A DNA stretch of 64,000 bases from a virus (taxonomy: Duplodnaviria; Caudoviricetes). The first letter of the stretch is position 1, and the number at the start of each line of letters is the position of its first letter. The position numbers were made by a program, and so were the translations under genes. Below, piece by piece: positions 17,123-26,684 of this stretch. The DNA is taken from IMG/VR virus record IMGVR_UViG_3300011152_000015, positions 1-64,000 of that record. The stretch is one strand, 5' to 3'. Below the pieces are notes generated by a model. That model saw only the letters and a list, made by a program, of their open reading frames with translations, had not been told where the DNA came from and ran no database searches.

Positions 17123-17587
17123 TTATGTCCTTTCGATGATGGTGTGCAGGTGCACCGGGATCAGCACGCTGGCGGCTCGCTCGCCGTTGCCAGGCGGAAA
17201 TTGCTCGGGCGCGCCGACGGTGATGCCTTTGATGCCTCTGGGTAGCCAGCGGGGAAACTGACCCTCTGTTGGCATCAGCGCCAGCAGCAGGTCGTGCTCC
17301 AGCTCGTCCAGGGCGTCTTCGTAATCGTCCAGGCCAACATCGACCGCGCCGACAACGTAGAAGCCGCTGAACTTGAGCAGCGCCGCCGGCCCGGGCTTGG
17401 GCGCCAGGTCCTTGCCCTTCTGCAGGCAGATGAGCGGGAAGCTGACGTCATCGGTCTTGAGCACTTCGTTGAACCAGCCGGTGCGCACGTTGGTGCCTGC
17501 GTTGGTTGCGTAGCCGTTGGCCACGGTGACCGTACCCAGGTGCTGCACCAGGCCCTTGCGGCCCATGGTAAGGGGGTTGCGGTTCAT
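17123..17587 (-). CDS. Tail terminator-like protein
   Basis: TVTVANGYATNAG motif and position. Confidence 0.75.
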   Translation of the reverse strand: MNRNPLTMGRKGLVQHLGTVTVANGYATNAGTNVRTGWFNEVLKTDDVSFPLICLQKGKDLAPKPGPAALLKFSGFYVVGAVDVGLDDYEDALDELEHDLLLALMPTEGQFPRWLPRGIKGITVGAPEQFPPGNGERAASVLIPVHLHTIIERT

Positions 17588-17901
17588 TTCATCTCCATGC
17601 AGGCGGCGGTGATGACGTGCCCGTCGTTGCTGAGCACAAGCTCGACGGCGTAGCGCTTGTAACCGACGATGAACAGGTCCCCGCGGTCCACGTCTGGGAC
17701 TTGCTCACATCTGCATGAGATACCGAGAGCGTCGGTGGCGTGCAGACCTTGCGGGCCCACCTGCTGCAGGTTGTGGTCGATGATCAGTTGCACATCGCTC
17801 CGGGGTCGGCAGCCCGGGCGGCGATGTTCGCCAACGGCGGTGGACAGCGCGTCGAACAACGCGCTGTCCATGTCATCGACCAGTTGGCTGAACTCACTCA
17901 T
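17584..17901 (-). CDS. Head-tail joining protein (FII-like)
   Basis: Start MSEFSQLV overlaps the capsid stop; ~105 aa. Confidence 0.7.
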   Translation of the reverse strand: MSEFSQLVDDMDSALFDALSTAVGEHRRPGCRPRSDVQLIIDHNLQQVGPQGLHATDALGISCRCEQVPDVDRGDLFIVGYKRYAVELVLSNDGHVITAACMEMK

Positions 17902-18902
17902 TGCTTGGTGAGCTTGATGATGGCTCGCGGCAAGGTCACCAGGCTGAGTGGGTTGCTCTGCGCCTCGAGGTCTACGCCCTTGTTGTGGCTCAGCGGCTCT
18001 TGGCTGGCGTAGTACGGCAGGCCCTCGGTGTTGACCGTTTCCATGTAGTTGGCCGGGGCGAAGCGGGTGATGAACATGCCATCGACCCCGATGGGGATCA
18101 GGTAGGCGACGTCCGGGTCGATGAAGGTGATGTCGCCGACTTTGCCATAGAACTCTTCCCAGGCGACACCGCCGTAGCTGAAGCCGGGCCAGCCGCCTTC
18201 GCGCAGGAATTGGCCGTCGCTCCAACGGTCGTAGGCCTTCAGGACGCTGTCGTGTTGGACGAAGGCGTCGAACCAGTTACGGCCCGCCAGGCCGAGCCAG
18301 CCGGCGATGATGCCGCTACCGCCGACGACGTCCTCAGCCTTGCGCTTGGCGGAGTTGATGGCGCCGAGCAGACTGGTTTCCTGGGCGGTGAGGTTGAACT
18401 GTTGCACCTGCTCCTGAATACCGAACTTGGCGTGCAGGTCGAGCAGCAGGCGGGTGCCGTTGGCGTCGTACACCTTGCCAGTGATCGCGCCCACGCGCTG
18501 GTAGCGGATGGTGGCGTCGAGGCGCTTGCGCATCTTGGCCAGGCGCTTCTCGACCCGGGCCTGCACGGTTTCCAGCTCGGACTCGCTGCCGAAAGCGCGA
18601 ATGCCCTGGACTTCATCGGCCATGATGGTGGCGCGAGTCGGCAGGTGGATGGTGCTGAAGGGAATGAGGTCACGCGGATCGCCCGAGGTGGGATCAGCCG
18701 GTGCGCCGCGGTCAGCGGCCGGCACCAGTGTCAGCGTGTCGTGTTCACGCTCGATGAATACCGAGGTGGTGGTGATGCCTTCTTCTTCGAAGAGGGAATC
18801 CAGGCGGGTGGGCTGGGCCTGGCCTTCCTGGGGCTGGTTGATGGTTGCGGTGAGGCCGGTAACGCTGAAGGCGTCATCGTTGAAAATGTCGAGCGATGCC
18901 AT
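17898..18902 (-). CDS. Major capsid protein (lambda gpE family)
   Basis: DIFNDDAFSVTGLTATIN...ADEVQGIRAFGSE...LEAQSNPL. Confidence 0.95.
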   Translation of the reverse strand: MASLDIFNDDAFSVTGLTATINQPQEGQAQPTRLDSLFEEEGITTTSVFIEREHDTLTLVPAADRGAPADPTSGDPRDLIPFSTIHLPTRATIMADEVQGIRAFGSESELETVQARVEKRLAKMRKRLDATIRYQRVGAITGKVYDANGTRLLLDLHAKFGIQEQVQQFNLTAQETSLLGAINSAKRKAEDVVGGSGIIAGWLGLAGRNWFDAFVQHDSVLKAYDRWSDGQFLREGGWPGFSYGGVAWEEFYGKVGDITFIDPDVAYLIPIGVDGMFITRFAPANYMETVNTEGLPYYASQEPLSHNKGVDLEAQSNPLSLVTLPRAIIKLTKQ

Positions 18903-18977
18903 TTGTTCGTCTCCAGAAACGAGAAAACCGCCAGCGGCGGTTCGGGATGTCATGTTGAGCCGCCGGGCGGCAGAGCG

Positions 18978-19337
18978 TTATGCGGGGCGGATGATGATGC
19001 CCTGCGCGATCAACGCGGCTTCGGCGGTTTCATCGAGACCTATGAGCAGGCTGCGGTCCACTTCGGCATCGCGAACGATGGCGGCCGCCAGCTGAGCGTC
19101 TTCACTCGCAGGCTTGTTGTTGTATAGGATGGCCAGTGCCGGGGCTTCGGCCGGGTTCTCCGGGTCCGGCTCGACAGGCTCATAGGGTGCATAGCCTGCG
19201 CCGGACAGCGCAACGATGGTGCCCGCGGAAATCGCCACCGCTGTGGCAAGCAGGTTGATCTGGGCGCGGGAGCGTTCGCCGGAAGCTTCACTCAGCAGGA
19301 AGTCGGCGCTACGGGCGCCCTGGGTAACGATGCTCAT
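18978..19337 (-). CDS. Head decoration protein (gpD-like)
   Basis: FLLSEASGERSR...IVRDAEV; located between protease and capsid. Confidence 0.85.
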   Translation of the reverse strand: MSIVTQGARSADFLLSEASGERSRAQINLLATAVAISAGTIVALSGAGYAPYEPVEPDPENPAEAPALAILYNNKPASEDAQLAAAIVRDAEVDRSLLIGLDETAEAALIAQGIIIRPA

Positions 19338-20563
19338 TGCTTGGCTCCTTTACGGGCTGCCCAGATGGACGAGGTAGAGATTTTGGGGGCCTTGTCGCCG
19401 CCAGGCGGCGTGCTGGCCTTGGCTTTAGTGGCGTCGCTCTTGATGGCCTGCAGGGTAATGCCGCGATCCTGCGCAGCCTTGTAGAGCGAGAGGCCGGCCG
19501 CTTCTACGGTGAGGCCGTCATCGATGGCGGCCTGGACTTCGGCCTCAAATCCCTTCTGGGCCAGGGCGTGAATACCGGCGATGCGATCGCGCTCGGTCTT
19601 GGCGCCCTCGGTACGGGCGGCGGCTTTGATGGCCTCGATGTCGGGTTGATTGGCTTCGGCGATCTCGATGGTCTGCGGGTCAGTGCCGGCAGCCAGGGCC
19701 GCCTGCAGCTCCGCGGTGGTGCTGACTTTCATGCTTCTGTTCCTTGGGTTGGTTGAGGCCGGCTTGGCCAGTTCGGCGATTACCCCTTCGAGGGAGCCGA
19801 TTCGATGTGCAAGGCCAGCCTCAACAGCGGCGGCCCCTACGCGCAGCCCGCCATGGTCACCCATGCCAGGTACTTGCTCTGCTGTTACGCCCAGGTTGCG
19901 GGCCACCTTGCTGACAAAGACCTCTTCGAGCGCATCGATGGTCTCTGCGACTTTGGCGCGGCCCTCTTCGGTGCTGACATCGGGGCGCTTGTTCGGCGCG
20001 TTGCGGCTGACGATCTGGTAACGCTTGCGGCCATTGGCGGATTCGCCATCGACCACTGCTTCCACCACTACGCCGACGCTTCCGGCGATGCCGGTTTCGT
20101 CGATGACGATTTCGTGCGCGGCGGACGCGAGCCAGTACGCGCCAGAGGCGCCGCTACCTCCGATGTAGGCGACGATGCGCTTCTGGCTACGGCCGGCGTG
20201 GATCACTTCGGCCAGTTCGTTGATGCCGCTGGCGACGCCACCGGGGCTATCGATGTTGAGGACGATGGCTTTCACCGCCGGGTTGTCGAGCGCCTCGCGA
20301 ATGTCGGTAGCCAGCACCTGGGTACTGGTGGCACCGCTGATCTCGGTGAACAGGTTGGCGTAACGGAAGATGGGCCCGACCACTGGTACAACGGCGACGC
20401 CGTCTCGCAGGGTGACGGTGCGGCTGTTGTCCAGCCGTCGACCCAGCTGGGTTTCGAGCGCGACGGGGTCACCCATGCGCTCGGCGATCGCCAGCAGGTT
20501 GTCCAGGCTGTCGGGCAGCATCAGCCAAGGCTGCGCGGCGGCCAACTCGAATGCGCGGGGCAT
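19334..20563 (-). CDS. Prohead protease (S49) with C-terminal scaffold region
   Basis: LNIDSPGG and ASGAYWLASAA motifs. Confidence 0.93.
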   Translation of the reverse strand: MPRAFELAAAQPWLMLPDSLDNLLAIAERMGDPVALETQLGRRLDNSRTVTLRDGVAVVPVVGPIFRYANLFTEISGATSTQVLATDIREALDNPAVKAIVLNIDSPGGVASGINELAEVIHAGRSQKRIVAYIGGSGASGAYWLASAAHEIVIDETGIAGSVGVVVEAVVDGESANGRKRYQIVSRNAPNKRPDVSTEEGRAKVAETIDALEEVFVSKVARNLGVTAEQVPGMGDHGGLRVGAAAVEAGLAHRIGSLEGVIAELAKPASTNPRNRSMKVSTTAELQAALAAGTDPQTIEIAEANQPDIEAIKAAARTEGAKTERDRIAGIHALAQKGFEAEVQAAIDDGLTVEAAGLSLYKAAQDRGITLQAIKSDATKAKASTPPGGDKAPKISTSSIWAARKGAKQ

Positions 20564-20565
20564 GG

Positions 20566-22155
20566 CTATTCCTCTTCTTTCGGTTCGGCGGGGGGTTCCG
20601 CCTGCTTCGAGTTGGGCAGTTCCAGGCCATCGGCGCGGCGCTGCTGAACTTCACGCTTGCGCTGCCGGTAGATCTGCAACCAGGTTTCACCGGTCATGGC
20701 GGCGGCTTCGATGGTCTCGTTGCTGAGGCCAGCATCTATCCGCGCCTGGGCGGCCTTGGCTTCCTTGAGTTCGTCGATGGCACCCCGGGCAGGGCCGATC
20801 CAGACGGCGCGGGTGTAGGCGCGGCGGCGGGCGGGGTCGAAGTAGCCAGGCAAGCGCAGGCGGCCTCTGGCCACGGCTTCGTCAACCAGCAGTTCATATG
20901 ATGGCTGGCAGAAGTCACAGACCAACCACCACCGCCGCAGGTTGTACATGCGCCATGCCTGCAACATCGCAGCACGCGCCGCGCTGTAGCTGCTGCTGTA
21001 GTAGAGCAGTAGCTCTTCTACTGGCATTTCCAGGGCGGCGCCGATCTCCTTGGCCACAGCCATGAAGAAGGGGTCGAACTGCGCGTTGGGTCTGGCCGGG
21101 TTGGCGGTGATCGGTTCCTCACCTGGAGCCAGGTCTACGACTGCACCTTCGCCCAGCTCAACCGGAGGCAGTTCTTGGGCGAGCCCTTCAGGCTGCTCGT
21201 TGCCCAGCGCCGCCATTGGCAGGTTGCTCTGGTTGAATTCGCTGCCCTTCTTCAAGAACACCGTGAACATGGCTGAAATGACGGCGGCCATCAGCTCGGC
21301 GCTGCTGTAGCGTTCAAGCTTCTGCAGGGGCTCCAGCACGGGCGCAAGATAGGGAGCCCCCCGTTTCTGCCCGGGCCGTTCCTTGTCGCACCACACCTGA
21401 AGTACGCGACGGCGGCCCGTCTGCTCGCCGAATACCTCAAGGCGTTCCCAGGTGAGCGGTTTGGCGAGACGCTTGTCGCCGGGGTAACCGCTGCATACCC
21501 AGACGGCGATGGGGGCGCCTGTTTGCGTATCGAATTCGATTCCCTCCGACAGGCTGGCCGTGTCCGGCTGCCCGTTGGGATTGCTGATGCGGTCCGTTTC
21601 GAGCAGTTGCAGGCGTGTACTGAACAGCGTGCCGTCGCGCTCGATGTCAGGCGTGGCGACGAACAGGTCACCACCTGTGAGCGCGGACATCAGCGCGATC
21701 GCCTGTTGCTGGTAATGGGTGCTGCTGGCCTCGGCGTCGCACTCGCGAGGATCCTCGGCGTAGAGCGTCCATTCCCGCTCAAGATGTTCGTTGAGTTGTT
21801 CTCCCTCCTCCTCGCTGATGCCAAGGGCTTCGTAATCGACCTGCGGTCTGCAGATGAGCCCGGTGCCCACCACGCTGGTTCTGACCCGCACGATGGCGGC
21901 GCGGCCCAGCAAGTGGTTCCGCATCGCATCGCGGGAGCGGGCAATCAGGGTGCTGCGCTCTATCTTGCTAAGGTCGCGAGACGGACTGCCAAGATGCGGC
22001 ACCCAACTGGCCATGCTTCGCAGCATTCGCGAGGCGCCGCGCCAACGCGTTTCGCTGCCGCCGCCCCCGCCTTGTGCCCGAGGCTGGCTCTGCACCAGAT
22101 CGAGCGCCGCGCGAACGGCCTTCTCTTCCGGCGTCTTTCGATTGAACCAGGCCAT
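20566..22155 (-). CDS. Portal protein (lambda family)
   Basis: ARSRDAMRN, RPGQKRGAPYLAPV, SSYSAARAA. Confidence 0.95.
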   Translation of the reverse strand: MAWFNRKTPEEKAVRAALDLVQSQPRAQGGGGGSETRWRGASRMLRSMASWVPHLGSPSRDLSKIERSTLIARSRDAMRNHLLGRAAIVRVRTSVVGTGLICRPQVDYEALGISEEEGEQLNEHLEREWTLYAEDPRECDAEASSTHYQQQAIALMSALTGGDLFVATPDIERDGTLFSTRLQLLETDRISNPNGQPDTASLSEGIEFDTQTGAPIAVWVCSGYPGDKRLAKPLTWERLEVFGEQTGRRRVLQVWCDKERPGQKRGAPYLAPVLEPLQKLERYSSAELMAAVISAMFTVFLKKGSEFNQSNLPMAALGNEQPEGLAQELPPVELGEGAVVDLAPGEEPITANPARPNAQFDPFFMAVAKEIGAALEMPVEELLLYYSSSYSAARAAMLQAWRMYNLRRWWLVCDFCQPSYELLVDEAVARGRLRLPGYFDPARRRAYTRAVWIGPARGAIDELKEAKAAQARIDAGLSNETIEAAAMTGETWLQIYRQRKREVQQRRADGLELPNSKQAEPPAEPKEEE

Positions 22156-22156
22156 G

Positions 22157-22381
22157 TCAGATACTCAGGTAGTTGATGCGGTTGCGCCCGCGCCCGGCCT
22201 GCCGGGCTTCTTCGGAAGCGACTTCTTTCGCGTACTGCTGCTCGAGCATGCGCAGGGAAGCGAGCTCGGCGCGATTCACCTGCCGATCACCAAAGCGCAC
22301 GGACTGAGCGCCATTGACGATCTTGCTGATAGCCGCGCGCACTTCGTCGAGCCGGATGCGGGCTTCTGTTGTCGGTTTCAT
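22157..22381 (-). CDS. gpW-like head completion protein
   Basis: GAQSVRFGDRQVNRAEL; located between terminase and portal. Confidence 0.8.
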   Translation of the reverse strand: MKPTTEARIRLDEVRAAISKIVNGAQSVRFGDRQVNRAELASLRMLEQQYAKEVASEEARQAGRGRNRINYLSI

Positions 22382-22389
22382 GGGATTCC

Positions 22390-24399
22390 TCAGCGGACAC
22401 GGCTTCGCGTTCCGCGCGTTTGTTGGGCACGGCGCGGTACATTGGCCACGGGTTGGTCGCTGGTGAACAGGGCCGGCTGCATCAGCTGCTGCTCGAGCTG
22501 ATCCCATTCGCTGTCTCGCAGCAGATGAGTTTTCAGGCTGCGAGCGGCATGCAGGGCGTATACCTCGCAGTCGAGCGCTTCGTTGCGGCGGCCGGCCTTG
22601 CGCTGCCATACCATCTTGCTTGGCTGTCGCGGGTGCGGCGCCAGAACTTCGTTGGTGACCTGCTCGTAATAATCGGCACGGATCTCGCTGTACCAGTGCA
22701 TACGGCCTGGACCTGCACCCGTAAGCCTGAGCCTGTTGTCGATCAGTGTCTTGGCCTTATGGGTGCCGACGATGTTGACCCGCAGCCCGTACTTCGCGGC
22801 CTTGGTGTTGTCCTGGGTGGTATCTACCGAGGTTGGCGGCTTGGAGTAGATCTCCTTCTCGCGACTATCGATGGACGCGCCTTTGATCGCCATTATGTTG
22901 TAGCGCAGGCGATCACGGACGTAGGTGTAGACGGCGTCACTGGTGTTTCCGTCAGAGCTGTCTACGCTCGCTGCTGAGACTGCCAGGCGAGTGCCTCCGG
23001 CACCCGGAATGGATGTAGCCAGCAGGCGATCCAGCTCGCGCCATACGCCATCGCTGGGGTCCTTAGGATTTCCAGCCAATTCCCCCCAGTACAGACGCCA
23101 GGATTCCTCACCACGGCCCCAGCCGACTATCACCACAGCCAGACGATCGCCTTGCACATCCACGCCAGCAGTGATCAGCAATACGCCGTTCGGGGCGGTC
23201 AGTTCCTGATACGGCTCTGCGCGCTTTTCCAGTTCGTCGGTCTTGGGCGCATCGCTCTTGTATTCGTAGCTTTCGCCCATGGAGCTGTTGGTAAAGGCGA
23301 TCATCGGGCCGATGTTGCCGCGCTCGGCGGCATATTCGGCCTGAAGCTTCTTCTCCATCAGCACGGCGAAGCGGGAGCCGTAGAACGTTGCGTAAAGCTC
23401 GTTGAGGATGTAACCGGCTATGCCTCGGAACTCAGCGGTCGCCTGCCATCGGCCGCGCTTTAGGTTGGCGTTCTTCTGGTTGTCATCCCAACTTGAACCA
23501 CAATGCGGACAGGCGTAGTAGGTCCGCTCGGGACGCTTGTTACCGTATACCTCGTGCTGATAGTCCGGGTCGTCCGGGCAGTGGAGATTGTCGAAGCTGA
23601 GCGCGTGCTCCTCCCCACAATCATGACAAGGCACAAGGCCTACGCGCTTGTCGGACAGCTCCAGCTCGGCATCGATGGCCGAAAGCCCTTTGATCGTGGG
23701 CGTACCGCCGATGATGATCTTAGAGCGACGAAAGGTCTTCAGGCGCTCCTTGGCCAGCTTGATGCTGTCACCCTGCCCGCGCAGGTTGAGGTTACAGTCA
23801 TCCGGTTCTTCCACCGCCACGCGAGGCACCGGCGTGGACTTGACGCTGGCCGGACTATTGGAGCCGACCATCTTGAGAAATCCGCCAGGGAATTTCTTGA
23901 AGTCCTGCCGCTGCTGAAGCCTGCGGCTGCGCAAGTCCACTTTGCGGCGAAGGCGCGGAGTGGCTTCGATCATCGGTTCCAGCTTTTCGCCAACGTACTG
24001 CTTGACCGATTCGGCCTTGGGAAACAGGACCAGGATGGGCGAAGGGTCGATATCGATCCACTTGCCGATGGCGTTACCCATCACGCCTGATGTCCATGCC
24101 ACCTGGGCGGACTTGCGACCGACAATCTCGGTCACGCTGGGGTCATCCAGCGCTTCCAGCGGATTGCCCGGCCACGTCAGGTGGGGGGTGACTTCGAAGC
24201 GGTACTTGCCGGGGCGGGCCGCTTCTTCGGGCGCCAGCCAGCGGTACCTGTCGGCCCACTCGATAATGCTCATGCGAGGCGGCGGGGACCATTTGCGGCT
24301 CGCCTGCCGGATGGCTTTACGGGCCGTCTTCTTCAGCATCCTCCGGATCGTCCGATCCGTCATGATCCCCGTCTGACGGGTCATCGTCATCGGGGTCAT
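22390..24399 (-). CDS. Terminase large subunit (GpA family); start uncertain
   Basis: KSAQVAWT, GGTPTIKG, AGVDVQGDRL, RNEALDCEVY. Confidence 0.95.
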   Translation of the reverse strand: MTPMTMTRQTGIMTDRTIRRMLKKTARKAIRQASRKWSPPPRMSIIEWADRYRWLAPEEAARPGKYRFEVTPHLTWPGNPLEALDDPSVTEIVGRKSAQVAWTSGVMGNAIGKWIDIDPSPILVLFPKAESVKQYVGEKLEPMIEATPRLRRKVDLRSRRLQQRQDFKKFPGGFLKMVGSNSPASVKSTPVPRVAVEEPDDCNLNLRGQGDSIKLAKERLKTFRRSKIIIGGTPTIKGLSAIDAELELSDKRVGLVPCHDCGEEHALSFDNLHCPDDPDYQHEVYGNKRPERTYYACPHCGSSWDDNQKNANLKRGRWQATAEFRGIAGYILNELYATFYGSRFAVLMEKKLQAEYAAERGNIGPMIAFTNSSMGESYEYKSDAPKTDELEKRAEPYQELTAPNGVLLITAGVDVQGDRLAVVIVGWGRGEESWRLYWGELAGNPKDPSDGVWRELDRLLATSIPGAGGTRLAVSAASVDSSDGNTSDAVYTYVRDRLRYNIMAIKGASIDSREKEIYSKPPTSVDTTQDNTKAAKYGLRVNIVGTHKAKTLIDNRLRLTGAGPGRMHWYSEIRADYYEQVTNEVLAPHPRQPSKMVWQRKAGRRNEALDCEVYALHAARSLKTHLLRDSEWDQLEQQLMQPALFTSDQPVANVPRRAQQTRGTRSRVR

Positions 24400-24844
24400 A
24401 GTTGGCCAGCTCTCTCAGAATCGCTTCGATGGGGTCCCGGATCAGTTGGTCATCAATCTCCACGCCATAGCGAGCGGAAAGCTCACTGGCAAGATTCTCC
24501 GGAAGGGTGTTCAACAATTCGATCTTGGCGGCCTGGATCATCGCCTCGAAACGCTCGATCAGTTCGGCGGCGATTACGACTTCGCCGAGGTCTTTTGCCA
24601 GCGCCATTTCTTCGCGGTCGGCTCTCACCCGGTCGAGGCGGTCACGTGCGGATTCTTTTTTGCCGTTCAGCGCAGCTTGCTGCACGAGCCATTCGATCAC
24701 CTCTTGGGTGTCGTACAGGTTCTCGTTGCCCCGGCCGAGGCCAAACTCCTGAACCGGCATGCCAGCGTTCTGCCAGCGGCTCAGTGTTCGCTCATCGCGG
24801 CCGACCAAGTCACCCAGCTCTGACTTCGTTACTTGCCGGCCCAT
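24317..24844 (-). CDS. Terminase small subunit (Nu1-like)
   Basis: N-terminal winged HTH (VTKSELGDLVGRDERTLSRW...YDTQEVIEW). Confidence 0.9.
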   Translation of the reverse strand: MGRQVTKSELGDLVGRDERTLSRWQNAGMPVQEFGLGRGNENLYDTQEVIEWLVQQAALNGKKESARDRLDRVRADREEMALAKDLGEVVIAAELIERFEAMIQAAKIELLNTLPENLASELSARYGVEIDDQLIRDPIEAILRELANYDPDDDDPSDGDHDGSDDPEDAEEDGP

Positions 24845-24879
24845 ACCTAACCCTTTGAAAGACGGACATCTCTGTCCAG

Positions 24880-24944
24880 ATTTCAGCTAGAGAGAAAACG
24901 CGGCTCGAATTACCCGTGTAAGGGTGGGCCGCCAGGAAGGACCC
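24880..24944 (-). other. Lambda-like cos packaging site
   Basis: Minus strand GGGTCCT (identical to lambda cosQ, 24938-24944), then TTACACGGGTAATTCGAGCCGCGTTTTC, just upstream of the small terminase. Confidence 0.75.
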
Positions 24945-24957
24945 ATTGACCGCCCCT

Positions 24958-25707
24958 TCATTGCCTGCGAGTAGCGAGGGCTCGAGCCAGGGCCTTCTCG
25001 AACTCAATCGGCAACGCGTCCTGAGCAACACGCTCGGCCGTTCCGTAGAAGTCGAACAGCTTGCTATAAGCGGGTCGCCGAGCAAAAACCAATACCATGC
25101 GGATGTTGTTGCGGCTGCCTTTGCCACGGCTAAGCCGCTCGGCAATCCCAATAGCTGTTCGGCCTTTCTTGATCAGGAAGTAGCGCCGATTGCCTTTGCG
25201 CATACTGCGGGCGCTATCGGTCGCGTTTGCATCGTAACCTTCCTCGGTGAACAGCCCCGCGCCCGAGAGAATCTTCGTCAGCCTGCCCCGCCCTATGTTG
25301 CCGTGAGCGTCGAGCTGCAGCTTGTCGCCGGGCAATACGTACTGGCCGGAGCTCAGCGCGCCCCGGCGATACAGCATCTTCTCGGTTCCCTTGTAGTCGC
25401 GCGGACCGCCGTATATCTGAGGTGAGAGATATTCCGCAGCCGCACTCCCGCCGCTACCGGGGTCCTGGTCTTTTAACCAGACCCTGGCCTCCATGCGGGC
25501 TTTGGTGGCTGGCTCGATGAACACGCTGTTCAGTGTCCAGCGCGTCGGTCGGTCGAAGACCGAGCTCATCTCCTCCACCAGGGTCGCCTTCACCTCCTTC
25601 GCAGTCGCCGTTAGCGTCAGCGCTGCAGCAAACGGCAGCTGCTCACGCTCAAGACGATCAAGGGTTTGCAGGCGCTCGCGCATGCCGCTGAACGTCACCT
25701 TAATCAT
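24958..25707 (-). CDS. Probable tail completion/neck protein (gpZ-like), displaced upstream of cos
   Basis: Basic 249-aa protein with QLPFAAALTLT...VFDRPT; no such gene between the joining and terminator genes. Confidence 0.55.
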   Translation of the reverse strand: MIKVTFSGMRERLQTLDRLEREQLPFAAALTLTATAKEVKATLVEEMSSVFDRPTRWTLNSVFIEPATKARMEARVWLKDQDPGSGGSAAAEYLSPQIYGGPRDYKGTEKMLYRRGALSSGQYVLPGDKLQLDAHGNIGRGRLTKILSGAGLFTEEGYDANATDSARSMRKGNRRYFLIKKGRTAIGIAERLSRGKGSRNNIRMVLVFARRPAYSKLFDFYGTAERVAQDALPIEFEKALARALATRRQ

Positions 25708-26048
25708 CGCCGCCTCGCCTGCCCCAATGCATCGCGCCGCTCATGCTGCCGCCGCTCGACGCCATCCCACCCAGCCGGCCGGAACGCACCGGCCAGGTTG
25801 CCGCCGCTTTGCCACACCGCCCAGGCGAACACCGCCAACAGCAGCACCAGCGGCCAGGCAGGCGGTGGGATCAGCAGCTTGCCGATCAGGATGTAGATCA
25901 CCGCTGCACCGGCGCTGCCCATCACCAGCATGGCCAGGCAGGACACCCCACGGCGAAACCGCGCTGCGCCACGCCGATAGGTGAACAGCCGCGCGAACAG
26001 CACCAGGCAGATCAGGAAAGTCGCCTGAGTTAGCAGAGCACTAGCCAT
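25704..26048 (-). CDS. Holin-family membrane protein (3 TM)
   Basis: Three hydrophobic segments, YRRGAARFR, GGNLA. Confidence 0.8.
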   Translation of the reverse strand: MASALLTQATFLICLVLFARLFTYRRGAARFRRGVSCLAMLVMGSAGAAVIYILIGKLLIPPPAWPLVLLLAVFAWAVWQSGGNLAGAFRPAGWDGVERRQHERRDALGQARRR

Positions 26049-26406
26049 CCGCACCTCCGTCACTGCCCAGAGATGGCGCGGCACGGCGGCGGATGGCGGC
26101 CAACGCCACCGTCACCACCAGCACCGCCGCACCGAACGCAGCCGGCCCAGGGTAAGCGAACGGGCGGATACCCCAGAACTCGGCCTCAACGATGGCGGGC
26201 GAGAACTGGTAGCCCATCACGAACGAAACCATGAAGAACAACAGCCGCTTCCAGATGGGCAGATCGTGGGTCGTGGTCACATACACCAGCGCACCCAGCA
26301 GCGCGCCAACAGCCGCGTCGCCATTCACGCCCGCCATGAATCCAGCCAGCCCGACGCCCGCCGCACCGGCGACAACAATGCCCGCAGTGCTCGTCGGCTC
26401 GCCCAT
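26041..26406 (-). CDS. Putative holin/antiholin membrane protein
   Basis: MGEPTST start, several TM helices, first late gene. Confidence 0.75.
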   Translation of the reverse strand: MGEPTSTAGIVVAGAAGVGLAGFMAGVNGDAAVGALLGALVYVTTTHDLPIWKRLLFFMVSFVMGYQFSPAIVEAEFWGIRPFAYPGPAAFGAAVLVVTVALAAIRRRAAPSLGSDGGADG

Positions 26407-26442
26407 GCCTGCTCTCCAACCGTTGAATGATTCAGAAAAGAC

Positions 26443-26468
26443 AAAGCCCCGCACGATGGCGGGGCTTT
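26443..26468 (-). terminator. Terminator-like hairpin ahead of the late operon
   Basis: AAAGCCCCGC-N6-GCGGGGCTTT with a T-rich tail on the minus strand. Confidence 0.7.
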
Positions 26469-26684
26469 GAGGGGTGACCGGCAGGGGGACCGGCCGTTGC
26501 CTGACACAGCAAGTAAGGCTCGTTTCGGTCATCGCCTTGGCGCTGCTCTGACCTGTTATGCGCTTTGTACCCCTCGAACCCGGAGGCGTAAACAGCGAAT
26601 TAACGCCAATGGCTCACCACGGGTTCTACACGGGGTCTGCACGGGCTCGCCACGGGACGACGGCGGATTTCTGAAAGCGATTTT

